DNA of 64,000 bases, from the NCBI GenBank assembly GCA_964016885.1, contig OZ024744.1, forward strand, positions 1,984,001 through 2,048,000. The letters are read 5' to 3'. The stretch is from Eledone cirrhosa (taxonomy: Eukaryota). Positions 1-12,065 of the stretch are shown in pieces. Positions within the stretch are counted from its first letter, which is position 1. Every line of letters begins with the position of its first letter. The position numbers and the translations under genes are program-made. A model generated the notes under the pieces. That model did not search any database. It was not told the origin of the DNA and worked only from the letters and a program-made list of their open reading frames with translations.

Positions 1-677
1 TCACCAAGCTATCTTTCTCTACCTTGTCTTCCCTCAAAACTTCGTTCTTCACCAAGCTATCTTTCTCGACCTTGTCTTCTCCCAAAACTTCGTTATTCAC
101 CAAGCTATCTTTCTCTACCTTGTCTTCCCTCAAAACTTCGTTCTTCACCAAGGTATCTTTATCTACCTTGTCTTCCCACAAAACGTCATTCTTCACCAAG
201 CTATCTTTCTCGACCTTGTCTTCCGTCAAAACTTCGTTCTTCACCAAGGTGTCTTTCTCTACCTTGTCTTCCCACAAAACGTCGTTCTTCACCAAGCTAT
301 CTTTCTCTACCTTGTCTTCCCTCAAAACTTCGTTCTTCAACAAGCTATCTTTCTCTACCTTGTCTTCCCCCAAAATTTCGTTCTTCACCAAGCTATCTTT
401 AACTACCTTGTCTTCCCCCAAAACTTCGTTCTTCACCAAGCTATCTTTAACTACCTTGTCTTCCCCCAAAACTTCGTTCTTCACCAAGCTATCTTTCTCT
501 ACCTTGTCTTCCCTCAAAACTTCGTTCTTCACCAAGCTATCTTTCTCGATCTTGTCTTCTCCCAAAACTTCGTTATTCACCAAGCTATCTTTCTCTACCT
601 TGTCTTCCCTCAAAACTTCGTTCTTCACCAAGGTATCTTTATCTACCTTGTCTTCCCACAAAACGTCATTCTTCACC

Positions 678-3600
678 AAGCTATCTTTCTCGACCTTGTC
701 TTCCGTCAAAACTTCGTTCTTCACCAAGGTGTCTTTCTCTACCTTGTCTTCCCACAAAACGTCGTTCTTCACCAAGCTATCTTTAACTACCTTGTCTTCC
801 CCCAAAACTTCGTTCTTCACCAAGCTATCTTTCTCTACCTTGTCTTCCCTCAAAACTTCGTTCTTCACCAAGCTATCTTTCTCGACCTTGTCTTCTCCCA
901 AAACTTCGTTATTCACCAAGCTATCTTTCTCTACCTTGTCTTCCCTCAAAACTTCGTTCTTCACCAAGCTATCTTTCTCTACCTTGTCTTCCCTCAGAAC
1001 TTCGTTCTTCACCAAGCTATCTTTCTCTACCTTGTCTTCCCCCAAAACTTCGTTCTTCACCAAGCTATCTTTCTCTACATTGTCTTCCCCAAAACTTCGT
1101 TCTTCACCAAGCTATCTTTCTCTACCTTGTCTTCCCCCAAAACTTCGTTCTTCACCAAGCTATCTTTCTCTACCTTGTCTTCCCACAAAACTTCGTTCTT
1201 CACCAAGCTATCTTTCTCTACCTTGTCTTCCCCCAAAACTTCGTTCTTCACCAAGCTATCTTTCTCTACATTGTCTTCCCCAAAACTCCGTTCTTCACCA
1301 AGCTATCTTTCTCTACCTTGTCTTCCCTCAAAACGTCGTTCTTCACCAAGCTATCTTTCTCTACCTTGTCTTCTCCCAAAACTTCGTTATTCACCAAGCT
1401 ATCTTTCTCTACCTTGTCTTCCCTCAAAACTTCGTTCTTCACCAAGCTATCTTTCTCTACCTTGTCTTCCCCCAAAACTTCGTTCTTCACCAAGCTATCT
1501 TTCTCTACATTGTCTTCCCCAAAACTTCGTTCTTCACCAAGCTATCTTTCTCTACCTTGTCTTCCCCCAAAACTTCGTTGTTCACCAAGCTATCTCTCTC
1601 TACCTTGTCTTCGCCCAAAACTTCGTTCTTCACCAAGATATCTTTCTCTACATTGTCTTCCCCAAAACTTCGTTCTTCACCAAGCTATCTTTCTCTACCT
1701 TGTCTTCCCTCAAAATGTCGTTCTTCACCAAGCTATCTTTCTCTACCTTGTCTTCCCCCAAAACTTCGTTCTTCACCAAGCTATCTTTCTCTACCTTGTC
1801 TTCCCCCAAAACTTCGTTCTTCACCAAGCTATCTTTCTCTACCTCGTCTTCCCTCAAAACTTCGTTCTTCACCAAGCTATCTTTCTCTACCTTGTCTTCC
1901 CCCAAAACTTCGTTCTTCACCAAGCTATCTTTCTCTACCTTGTCTCCTCCCAAAACTTCGTTCTTCACCAAGCTATCTTTCTCTACCTTATCTTCCCTCA
2001 GAACTTCGTTCTTCACCAAGCTATCTCTCTCTACCTTGTCTTCCCCCAAAACTTCGTTCTTTACCAAGCTATCTTTCTCTACATTGTCTTCCCCAAAACT
2101 TCGTTCTTCACCAAGCTATCTTTCTCTACATTGTCTTCCCTCAAAACGTCGTTCTTCACCAAGCTATCTTTATCTACCTTGTCTTCCCCCAAAACTTCGT
2201 TCTTCACCAAGCTATCTTTCTCTACCTTGTCTTCCCCCAAAACTTCGTTCTTCACCAAGCTATCTTTCTCTACATTGTCTTCCCCTAAACTTCGTTCTTC
2301 ACCAAGCTATCTTTCTCTACCTTGTCTTCCCTCAAAACGTCGTTCTTCACCAAGCTATCTTTCTCTACCTTGTCTTCCCCCAAAACTTCGTTCTTCACCA
2401 AGCTATCTTTCTCTACCTTGTCTTCCCCCAAAACTTCGTTCTTCACCAAGTCATCTTTCTCTACCTTGTCATCCCACAAAACGTCGTTCTTCACCAAGCC
2501 ATCTTTCTCTATTTTGTCTTCCCTCAAAACGTCGTTCTTCACCAAGCTATCTTTCTCTACCTTGTCTTCCCTCAAAATTTCGTTCTTCACCAAGCTATCT
2601 TTCTCGACCTTGTCTTCTCCCAAAACGTCGTTATTCACCAAGCTATCTTTCTCTACCTTGTCTTCCCTCAAAACTTCGTTCTTCACCAAGCTATCTTTCT
2701 CTACCTTGTCTTCCCCCAAAACTTCGTTCTTCACCAAGCTATCTTTCTCTACCTTGTCTTCTCCCAAAACTTCGTTATTCACCAAGCTATCTTTCTCTAC
2801 CTTGTCTTCCCTCAAAACTTCGTTCTTCACCAAGCTATCTTTCTCTACCTTGTCTTCCCCCAAAACTTCGTTCTTCACCAAGCTATCTTTCTCTACCTTG
2901 TCTTCCCCCAGAACTTCGTTCTTCACCAAGCTATCTTTCTCTAGCTTGTCTTCACACAAAACTTCGTTCTTCACCAAGCTATCTTTCTCTACCTTGTCTT
3001 CCCACAAAACGTCATTCTTCACCAAGCTATCTTTCTCTACCTTGTCTTCCGTCAAAACTTCGTTCTTCACCAAGATATCTTTCTCTACCTTGTCTTCTCC
3101 CAAAACTTCGTTCTTCACCAAGCTATCTTTCTCTACCTTGTCTTCCCTCAGAACTTCGTTCTTCAACAAGCTATCTTTCTCTACCTTGTCTTCCCCCAAA
3201 ACTTCGTTCTTCACCAAGCTATCTTTCTCTACATTGTCTTCCCCAAAACTTCGTTCTTCACCAAGCTATCTTTCTCTACCTTGTCTTCCCTCAAAACGTC
3301 GTTCTTCACCAAGCTATCTTTCTCTACCTTGTCTTCCCCCAAAACTTCGTTCTTCACCAAGCTATCTTTCTCTACCTTGTCGTCCCCCAAAACTTCGTTC
3401 TTCACCAAGCTATCTTTCTCTACATTGTCTTCCCCAAAACTTCGTTCTTCACCAATCTATCTTTCTCTACCTTGTCTTCCCTCAAAACGTCGTTCTTCAC
3501 CAAGCTATCTTTCTCTACCTTGTCTTCTCCCAAAACTTCGTTATTCACCAAGCTATCTTTCTCTACCTTGTCTTCCCTCAAAACTTCGTTCTTCACCAAG

Positions 3601-6600
3601 CTATCTTTCTCTACCTTGTCTTCCCCCAAAACTTCGTTCTTCATCAAGCTATCTTTCTCGACCTTGTCTTCCGTCAAAACTTCGTTCTTCACCAAGGTGT
3701 CTTTCTCTACCTTGTCTTCCCACAAAACGTCGTTCTTCACCAAGCTATCTTTAACTACCTTGTCTTCCCCCAAAACTTCGTTCTTCACCAAGCTATCTTT
3801 CTCTACCTTGTCTTCCCTCAAAACTTCGTTCTTCACCAAGCTATCTTTCTCGACCTTGTCTTCTCCCAAAACTTCGTTATTCACCAAGCTATCTTTCTCT
3901 ACCTTGTCTTCCCTCAAAACTTCGTTCTTCACCAAGCTATCTTTCTCTACCTTGTCTTCCCTCAGAACTTCGTTCTTCACCAAGCTATCTTTCTCTACCT
4001 TGTCTTCCCCCAAAACTTCGTTCTTCACCAAGCTATCTTTCTCTACATTGTCTTCCCCAAAACTTCGTTCTTCACCAAGCTATCTTTCTCTACCTTGTCT
4101 TCCCCCAAAACTTCGTTCTTCACCAAGCTATCTTTCTCTACCTTGTCTTCCCACAAAACTTCGTTCTTCACCAAGCTATCTTTCTCTACCTTGTCTTCCC
4201 CCAAAACTTCGTTCTTCACCAAGCTATCTTTCTCTACATTGTCTTCCCCAAAACTCCGTTCTTCACCAAGCTATCTTTCTCTACCTTGTCTTCCCTCAAA
4301 ACGTCGTTCTTCACCAAGCTATCTTTCTCTACCTTGTCTTCTCCCAAAACTTCGTTATTCACCAAGCTATCTTTCTCTACCTTGTCTTCCCTCAAAACTT
4401 CGTTCTTCACCAAGCTATCTTTCTCTACCTTGTCTTCCCCCAAAACTTCGTTCTTCACCAAGCTATCTTTCTCTACATTGTCTTCCCCAAAACTTCGTTC
4501 TTCACCAAGCTATCTTTCTCTACCTTGTCTTCCCCCAAAACTTCGTTGTTCACCAAGCTATCTCTCTCTACCTTGTCTTCGCCCAAAACTTCGTTCTTCA
4601 CCAAGATATCTTTCTCTACATTGTCTTCCCCAAAACTTCGTTCTTCACCAAGCTATCTTTCTCTACCTTGTCTTCCCTCAAAATGTCGTTCTTCACCAAG
4701 CTATCTTTCTCTACCTTGTCTTCCCCCAAAACTTCGTTCTTCACCAAGCTATCTTTCTCTACCTTGTCTTCCCCCAAAACTTCGTTCTTCACCAAGCTAT
4801 CTTTCTCTACCTCGTCTTCCCTCAAAACTTCGTTCTTCACCAAGCTATCTTTCTCTACCTTGTCTTCCCCCAAAACTTCGTTCTTCACCAAGCTATCTTT
4901 CTCTACCTTGTCTCCTCCCAAAACTTCGTTCTTCACCAAGCTATCTTTCTCTACCTTATCTTCCCTCAGAACTTCGTTCTTCACCAAGCTATCTCTCTCT
5001 ACCTTGTCTTCCCCCAAAACTTCGTTCTTTACCAAGCTATCTTTCTCTACATTGTCTTCCCCAAAACTTCGTTCTTCACCAAGCTATCTTTCTCTACCTT
5101 GTCTTCCCTCAAAACGTCGTTCTTCACCAAGCTATCTTTATCTACCTTGTCTTCCCCCAAAACTTCGTTCTTCACCAAGCTATCTTTCTCTACCTTGTCT
5201 TCCCCCAAAACTTCGTTCTTCACCAAGCTATCTTTCTCTACATTGTCTTCCCCTAAACTTCGTTCTTCACCAAGCTATCTTTCTCTACCTTGTCTTCCCT
5301 CAAAACGTCGTTCTTCACCAAGCTATCTTTCTCTACCTTGTCTTCCCCCAAAACTTCGTTCTTCACCAAGCTATCTTTCTCTACCTTGTCTTCCCCCAAA
5401 ACTTCGTTCTTCACCAAGTCATCTTTCTCTACCTTGTCATCCCACAAAACGTCGTTCTTCACCAAGCCATCTTTCTCTATTTTGTCTTCCCTCAAAACGT
5501 CGTTCTTCACCAAGCTATCTTTCTCTACCTTGTCTTCCCTCAAAATTTCGTTCTTCACCAAGCTATCTTTCTCGACCTTGTCTTCTCCCAAAACGTCGTT
5601 ATTCACCAAGCTATCTTTCTCTACCTTGTCTTCCCTCAAAACTTCGTTCTTCACCAAGCTATCTTTCTCTACCTTGTCTTCCCCCAAAACTTCGTTCTTC
5701 ACCAAGCTATCTTTCTCTACCTTGTCTTCTCCCAAAACTTCGTTATTCACCAAGCTATCTTTCTCTACCTTGTCTTCCCTCAAAACTTCGTTCTTCACCA
5801 AGCTATCTTTCTCTACCTTGTCTTCCCCCAAAACTTCGTTCTTCACCAAGCTATCTTTCTCTACCTTGTCTTCCCCCAGAACTTCGTTCTTCACCAAGCT
5901 ATCTTTCTCTAGCTTGTCTTCACACAAAACTTCGTTCTTCACCAAGCTATCTTTCTCTACCTTGTCTTCCCACAAAACGTCATTCTTCACCAAGCTATCT
6001 TTCTCTACCTTGTCTTCCGTCAAAACTTCGTTCTTCACCAAGATATCTTTCTCTACCTTGTCTTCTCCCAAAACTTCGTTCTTCACCAAGCTATCTTTCT
6101 CTACCTTGTCTTCCCTCAGAACTTCGTTCTTCAACAAGCTATCTTTCTCTACCTTGTCTTCCCCCAAAACTTCGTTCTTCACCAAGCTATCTTTCTCTAC
6201 ATTGTCTTCCCCAAAACTTCGTTCTTCACCAAGCTATCTTTCTCTACCTTGTCTTCCCTCAAAACGTCGTTCTTCACCAAGCTATCTTTCTCTACCTTGT
6301 CTTCCCCCAAAACTTCGTTCTTCACCAAGCTATCTTTCTCTACCTTGTCGTCCCCCAAAACTTCGTTCTTCACCAAGCTATCTTTCTCTACATTGTCTTC
6401 CCCAAAACTTCGTTCTTCACCAATCTATCTTTCTCTACCTTGTCTTCCCTCAAAACGTCGTTCTTCACCAAGCTATCTTTCTCTACCTTGTCTTCTCCCA
6501 AAACTTCGTTATTCACCAAGCTATCTTTCTCTACCTTGTCTTCCCTCAAAACTTCGTTCTTCACCAAGCTATCTTTCTCTACCTTGTCTTCCCCCAAAAC

Positions 6601-6624
6601 TTCGTTCTTCATCAAGCTATCTTT
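678..6624. repeat. Tandem higher-order duplication, period 2968 bp (62 monomers, 8 of them 47 bp), 2 copies
   Basis: Rare markers repeat at +2968: CCCCTAAAC 2282/5250, AAGCCATC 2496/5464, TCATCAAG 3641/6609. ORF-track pairs 1318/4286, 2322/5290 and 3281/6249 agree. 62x48-8=2968. One difference noticed (A2130 vs C5098). Boundaries approximate. Confidence 0.93.
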
Positions 6625-7039
6625 CTCTACATTGTCTTCCCCAAAACTTCGTTCTTCACCAAGCTATCTTTCTCTACCTTGTCTTCCCCCAAAACTTCGT
6701 TGTTCACCAAGCTATCTTTCTCTACCTTGTCTTCCCCCAAAACTTCGTTCTTCACCAAGCTATCTTACTCTACCTTGTCTTCCCCCAAAACTTCGTTCTT
6801 CACCAAGCTATCTTTCTCTACCTTGTCTTCCCACAAAACTTCGTTCTTCACCAAGCTATCTTTCTCTACCTTGTCTTCCCACAAAACGTCGTTCTTCACC
6901 AAGCTATCTTTCTCTACCTTGTCTTCCCTCAAAACTTCGTTCTTCAACAAGCTATCTTTCTCTACCTTGTCTTCCCCCAAAACTTCGTTCTTCACCAAGC
7001 TATCTTTAACTACCTTGTCTTCCCCCAAAACTTCGTTCT

Positions 7040-9949
7040 TCACCAAGCTATCTTTCTCTACCTTGTCTTCCCTCAAAACTTCGTTCTTCACCAAGCTATC
7101 TTTCTCGACCTTGTCTTCTCCCAAAACTTCGTTATTCACCAAGCTATCTTTCTCTACCTTGTCTTCCCTCAAAACTTCGTTCTTCACCAAGGTATCTTTA
7201 TCTACCTTGTCTTCCCACAAAACGTCATTCTTCACCAAGCTATCTTTCTCGACCTTGTCTTCCGTCAAAACTTCGTTCTTCACCAAGGTGTCTTTCTCTA
7301 CCTTGTCTTCCCACAAAACGTCGTTCTTCACCAAGCTATCTTTCTCTACCTTGTCTTCCCTCAAAACTTCGTTCTTCAACAAGCTATCTTTCTCTACCTT
7401 GTCTTCCCCCAAAATTTCGTTCTTCACCAAGCTATCTTTAACTACCTTGTCTTCCCCCAAAACTTCGTTCTTCACCAAGCTATCTTTAACTACCTTGTCT
7501 TCCCCCAAAACTTCGTTCTTCACCAAGCTATCTTTCTCTACCTTGTCTTCCCTCAAAACTTCGTTCTTCACCAAGCTATCTTTCTCGATCTTGTCTTCTC
7601 CCAAAACTTCGTTATTCACCAAGCTATCTTTCTCTACCTTGTCTTCCCTCAAAACTTCGTTCTTCACCAAGGTATCTTTATCTACCTTGTCTTCCCACAA
7701 AACGTCATTCTTCACCAAGCTATCTTTCTCGACCTTGTCTTCCGTCAAAACTTCGTTCTTCACCAAGGTGTCTTTCTCTACCTTATCTTCCCACAAAACG
7801 TCGTTCTTCACCAAGCTATCTTTAACTACCTTGTCTTCCCCCAAAACTTCGTTCTTCACCAAGCTATCTTTCTCTACCTTGTCTTCCCTCAAAACTTCGT
7901 TCTTCACCAAGCTATCTTTCTCGACCTTGTCTTCTCCCAAAACTTCGTTATTCACCAAGCTATCTTTCTCTACCTTGTCTTCCCTCAAAACTTCGTTCTT
8001 CACCAAGCTATCTTTCTCTACCTTGTCTTCCCTCAGAACTTCGTTCTTCACCAAGCTATCTTTCTCTACCTTGTCTTCCCCCAAAACTTCGTTCTTCACC
8101 AAGCTATCTTTCTCTACATTGTCTTCCCCAAAACTTCGTTCTTCACCAAGCTATCTTTCTCTACCTTGTCTTCCCCCAAAACTTCGTTCTTCCCCAAGCT
8201 ATCTTTCTCTACCTTGTCTTCCCACAAAACTTCGTTCTTCACCAAGCTATCTTTCTCTACCTTGTCTTCCCCCAAAACTTCGTTCTTCACCAAGCTATCT
8301 TTCTCTACATTGTCTTCCCCAAAACTCCGTTCTTCACCAAGCTATCTTTCTCTACCTTGTCTTCCCTCAAAACGTCGTTCTTCACCAAGCTATCTTTCTC
8401 TACCTTGTCTTCTCCCAAAACTTCGTTATTCACCAAGCTATCTTTCTCTACCTTGTCTTCCCTCAAAACTTCGTTCTTCACCAAGCTATCTTTCTCTACC
8501 TTGTCTTCCCCCAAAACTTCGTTCTTCACCAAGCTATCTTTCTCTACATTGTCTTCCCCAAAACTTCGTTCTTCACCAAGCTATCTTTCTCTACCTTGTC
8601 TTCCCCCAAAACTTCGTTGTTCACCAAGCTATCTCTCTCTACCTTGTCTTCGCCCAAAACTTCGTTCTTCACCAAGATATCTTTCTCTACATTGTCTTCC
8701 CCAAAACTTCGTTCTTCACCAAGCTATCTTTCTCTACCTTGTCTTCCCTCAAAATGTCGTTCTTCACCAAGCTATCTTTCTCTACCTTGTCTTCCCCCAA
8801 AACTTCGTTCTTCACCAAGCTATCTTTCTCTACCTTGTCTTCCCCCAAAACTTCGTTCTTCACCAAGCTATCTTTCTCTACCTCGTCTTCCCTCAAAACT
8901 TCGTTCTTCACCAAGCTATCTTTCTCTACCTTGTCTTCCCCCAAAACTTCGTTCTTCACCAAGCTATCTTTCTCTACCTTGTCTCCTCCCAAAACTTCGT
9001 TCTTCACCAAGCTATCTTTCTCTACCTTATCTTCCCTCAGAACTTCGTTCTTCACCAAGCTATCTCTCTCTACCTTGTCTTCCCCCAAAACTTCGTTCTT
9101 TACCAAGCTATCTTTCTCTACATTGTCTTCCCCAAAACTTCGTTCTTCACCAAGCTATCTTTCTCTACCTTGTCTTCCCTCAAAACGTCGTTCTTCACCA
9201 AGCTATCTTTATCTACCTTGTCTTCCCCCAAAACTTCGTTCTTCACCAAGCTATCTTTCTCTACCTTGTCTTCCCCCAAAACTTCGTTCTTCACCAAGCT
9301 ATCTTTCTCTACATTGTCTTCCCCAAAACTTCGTTCTTCACCAAGCTATCTTTCTCTACCTTGTCTTCCCTCAAAACGTCGTTCTTCACCAAGCTATCTT
9401 TCTCTACCTTGTCTTCCCCCAAAACTTCGTTCTTCACCAAGCTATCTTTCTCTACCTTGTCTTCCCCCAAAACTTCGTTCTTCACCAAGTCATCTTTCTC
9501 TACCTTGTCATCCCACAAAACGTCGTTCTTCACCAAGCCATCTTTCTCTATTTTGTCTTCCCTCAAAACGTCGTTCTTCACCAAGCTATCTTTCTCTACC
9601 TTGTCTTCCCTCAAAATTTCGTTCTTCACCAAGCTATCTTTCTCGACCTTGTCTTCTCCCAAAACGTCGTTATTCACCAAGCTATCTTTCTCTACCTTGT
9701 CTTCCCTCAAAACTTCGTTCTTCACCAAGCTATCTTTCTCTACCTTGTCTTCCCCCAAAACTTCGTTCTTCACCAAGCTATCTTTCTCTACCTTGTCTTC
9801 TCCCAAAACTTCGTTATTCACCAAGCTATCTTTCTCTACCTTGTCTTCCCTCAAAACTTCGTTCTTCACCAAGCTATCTTTCTCTACCTTGTCTTCCCCC
9901 AAAACTTCGTTCTTCACCAAGCTATCTTTCTCTACCTTGTCTTCCCCCA
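7040..9949. repeat. Dispersed near-identical copy of 1-2910 (offset 7039 bp)
   Basis: Same order of variants as the window start: AAGGTATC 150/7189 and 630/7669, TTCGCCC 1610/8649, ORFs 1266/8305 and 1648/8687. A few private differences (about 7785, 8193, 9169, 9325). Confidence 0.9.
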
Positions 9950-12065
9950 AAACTTCATTCTTCACCAAGCTATCTTTCTCTACCTTGTCTTCCCCCAAAA
10001 CTTCGTTCTTCACCAATCTATCTTTCTCTACCTTGTCTTCCCTCAAAACTTCGTTCTTCACCAAGCTATCTTTCTCTAGCTTGGCTTCACACAAAACTTC
10101 GTTCTTCACCAAGCTATCTTTCTCTACCTTGTCTTCCCACAAAACGTCATTCTTCACCAAGCTATCTTTCTCTACCTTGTCTTCCGTCAAAACTTCGTTC
10201 TTCACCAAGATATCTTTCTCTACCTTGTCTCCTCCCAAAACTTCGTTCTTCACCAAGCTATCTTTCTCTACCTTATCTTCCCTCAGAACTTCGTTCTTCA
10301 CCAAGCTATCTCTCTCTACCTTGTCTTCCCCCAAAACTTCGTTCTTTACCAAGCTATCTTTCTCTACATTGTCTTCCCCAAAACTTCGTTCTTCACCAAG
10401 CTATCTTTCTCTACCTTGTCTTCCCTCAAAACGTCGTTCTTCACCAAGCTATCTTTCTCTACCTTGTCTTCCCCCAAAACTTCGTTCTTCACCAAGCTAT
10501 CTTTCTCTACCTTGTCTTCCCCCAAAACTTCGTTCTTCACCAAGCTATCTTTCTCTACCTCGTCTTCCCTCAAAACTTCGTTCTTCACCAAGCTATCTTT
10601 CTCTACCTTGTCTTCCCCCAAAACTTCGTTCTTCACCAAGCTATCTTTCTCTACCTTGTCTTCCCCCAAAACTTCGTTCTCCACCAAGTCATCTTTCTCT
10701 ACCTTGTCATCCCTCAAAACTTCGTTCTCACCAATCTATCTTTCTCTACCTTGTCTCCTCCCAAAACTTCGTTCTTCACCAAGCTATCTTTCTCTACCTT
10801 GTCTTCCCTCAGAACTTCGTTCTTCACCAAGCTATCTTTCTCTACCTTGTCTTCCCCCAAAACTTCGTTCTTCACCAAGCTATCTTTCTCTACATTGTCT
10901 TCCACAAAACTTCGTTCTTCACCAAGCTATCTTTCACGACCTTGTCTTCCCTCAAAACGTCGTTCTTCACCAAGCTATCTTTCTCTACCTTGTCTTCCCC
11001 CAAAACTTCGTTCTTCACCAAGCTATCTTTCTCTACCTTGTCTTCCCCCAAAACTTCGTTCTTCACCAAGCTATCTTTCTCTACCTCGTCTTTCCTCAAA
11101 ACTTCGTTTTTCACCAAGCTATCTTTCTCTACCTTGTCTTCCCCCAAAACTTCGTTCTTCACCAAGCTATCTTTCTCTACCTTGTCTTCCCCCAAAACTT
11201 CGTTCTTCACCAAGCTATCTTTCTCTACCTTGTCTTCCCCTAAAACTTCGTTCTTCATCAAGCTATCTTTCTCTAGCTTGTCTTCACACAAAACTTCGTT
11301 CTTCACCAAGCTATCTTTCTCTACCTTGTCTTCCCACAAAACGTCATTCTTCACCAAGCTATCTTTCTCTACCTTGTCTTCCGTCAAAACTTCGTTCTTC
11401 ACCAAGCTATCTTTCTCTACCTTGTCTTCCCCCAAAACGTCGTTCTTCACCAAGCTATCTTTCTCTACCTTGTCTTCCCCCAAAACTTCGTTCTTCACCA
11501 AGCTATCTTTCTCTACCTTGTCTTCCCCCAAAACTTCGTTCTTCACCAAGCTATCTTTCTCTATCTTGTCTTCCCCTAAAACTTCGTTCTTCACCAAGCT
11601 ATCTTTCTCTAGCTTGTCTTCACACAAAACTTCGTTCTTCACCAAGCTATCTTTCTCTACCTTGTCTTCCCACAAAACGTCATTCTTCACCAAGCTATCT
11701 TTCTCTACCTTGTCTTCCGTCAAAACTTCGTTCTTCACCAAGCTATCTTTCTCTACCTTGTCTTCCCTCAAAACGTCGTTCTTCACCAAGCTATCTTTCT
11801 CTACCTTGTCTTCCCCCAAAACTTCGTTCTTCACCAAGCTATCTTTCTCTACCTTGTCGTCCCCCAAAACTTCGTTCTTCGCAAGCTATCTTTCTCTACC
11901 TTGTCTTCCGTCAAAACTTCGTTCTTCACCAAGCTATCTTTCTCTACCTTGTCTTCCCACAAAACGTCGTTCTTCACCAAGCTATCTTTCTCTACCTTGT
12001 CTTCCCTCAAAACGTCGTTCTTCACCAAGCTATCTTTCTCTACTTTGTCTTCCCTCAAAACATCG

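Noticed and set aside
1075-1096. Programmed -1 frameshift at T-TTG-GGG restoring the minus frame across 47-bp monomers
   Set aside because: The heptamer fits X-XXY-YYZ only formally (Y=G is non-canonical). The same heptamer is in intact 48-bp monomers, where slipping would break the frame. More than 100 successive shifts would be needed, and other indel and stop alleles remain.
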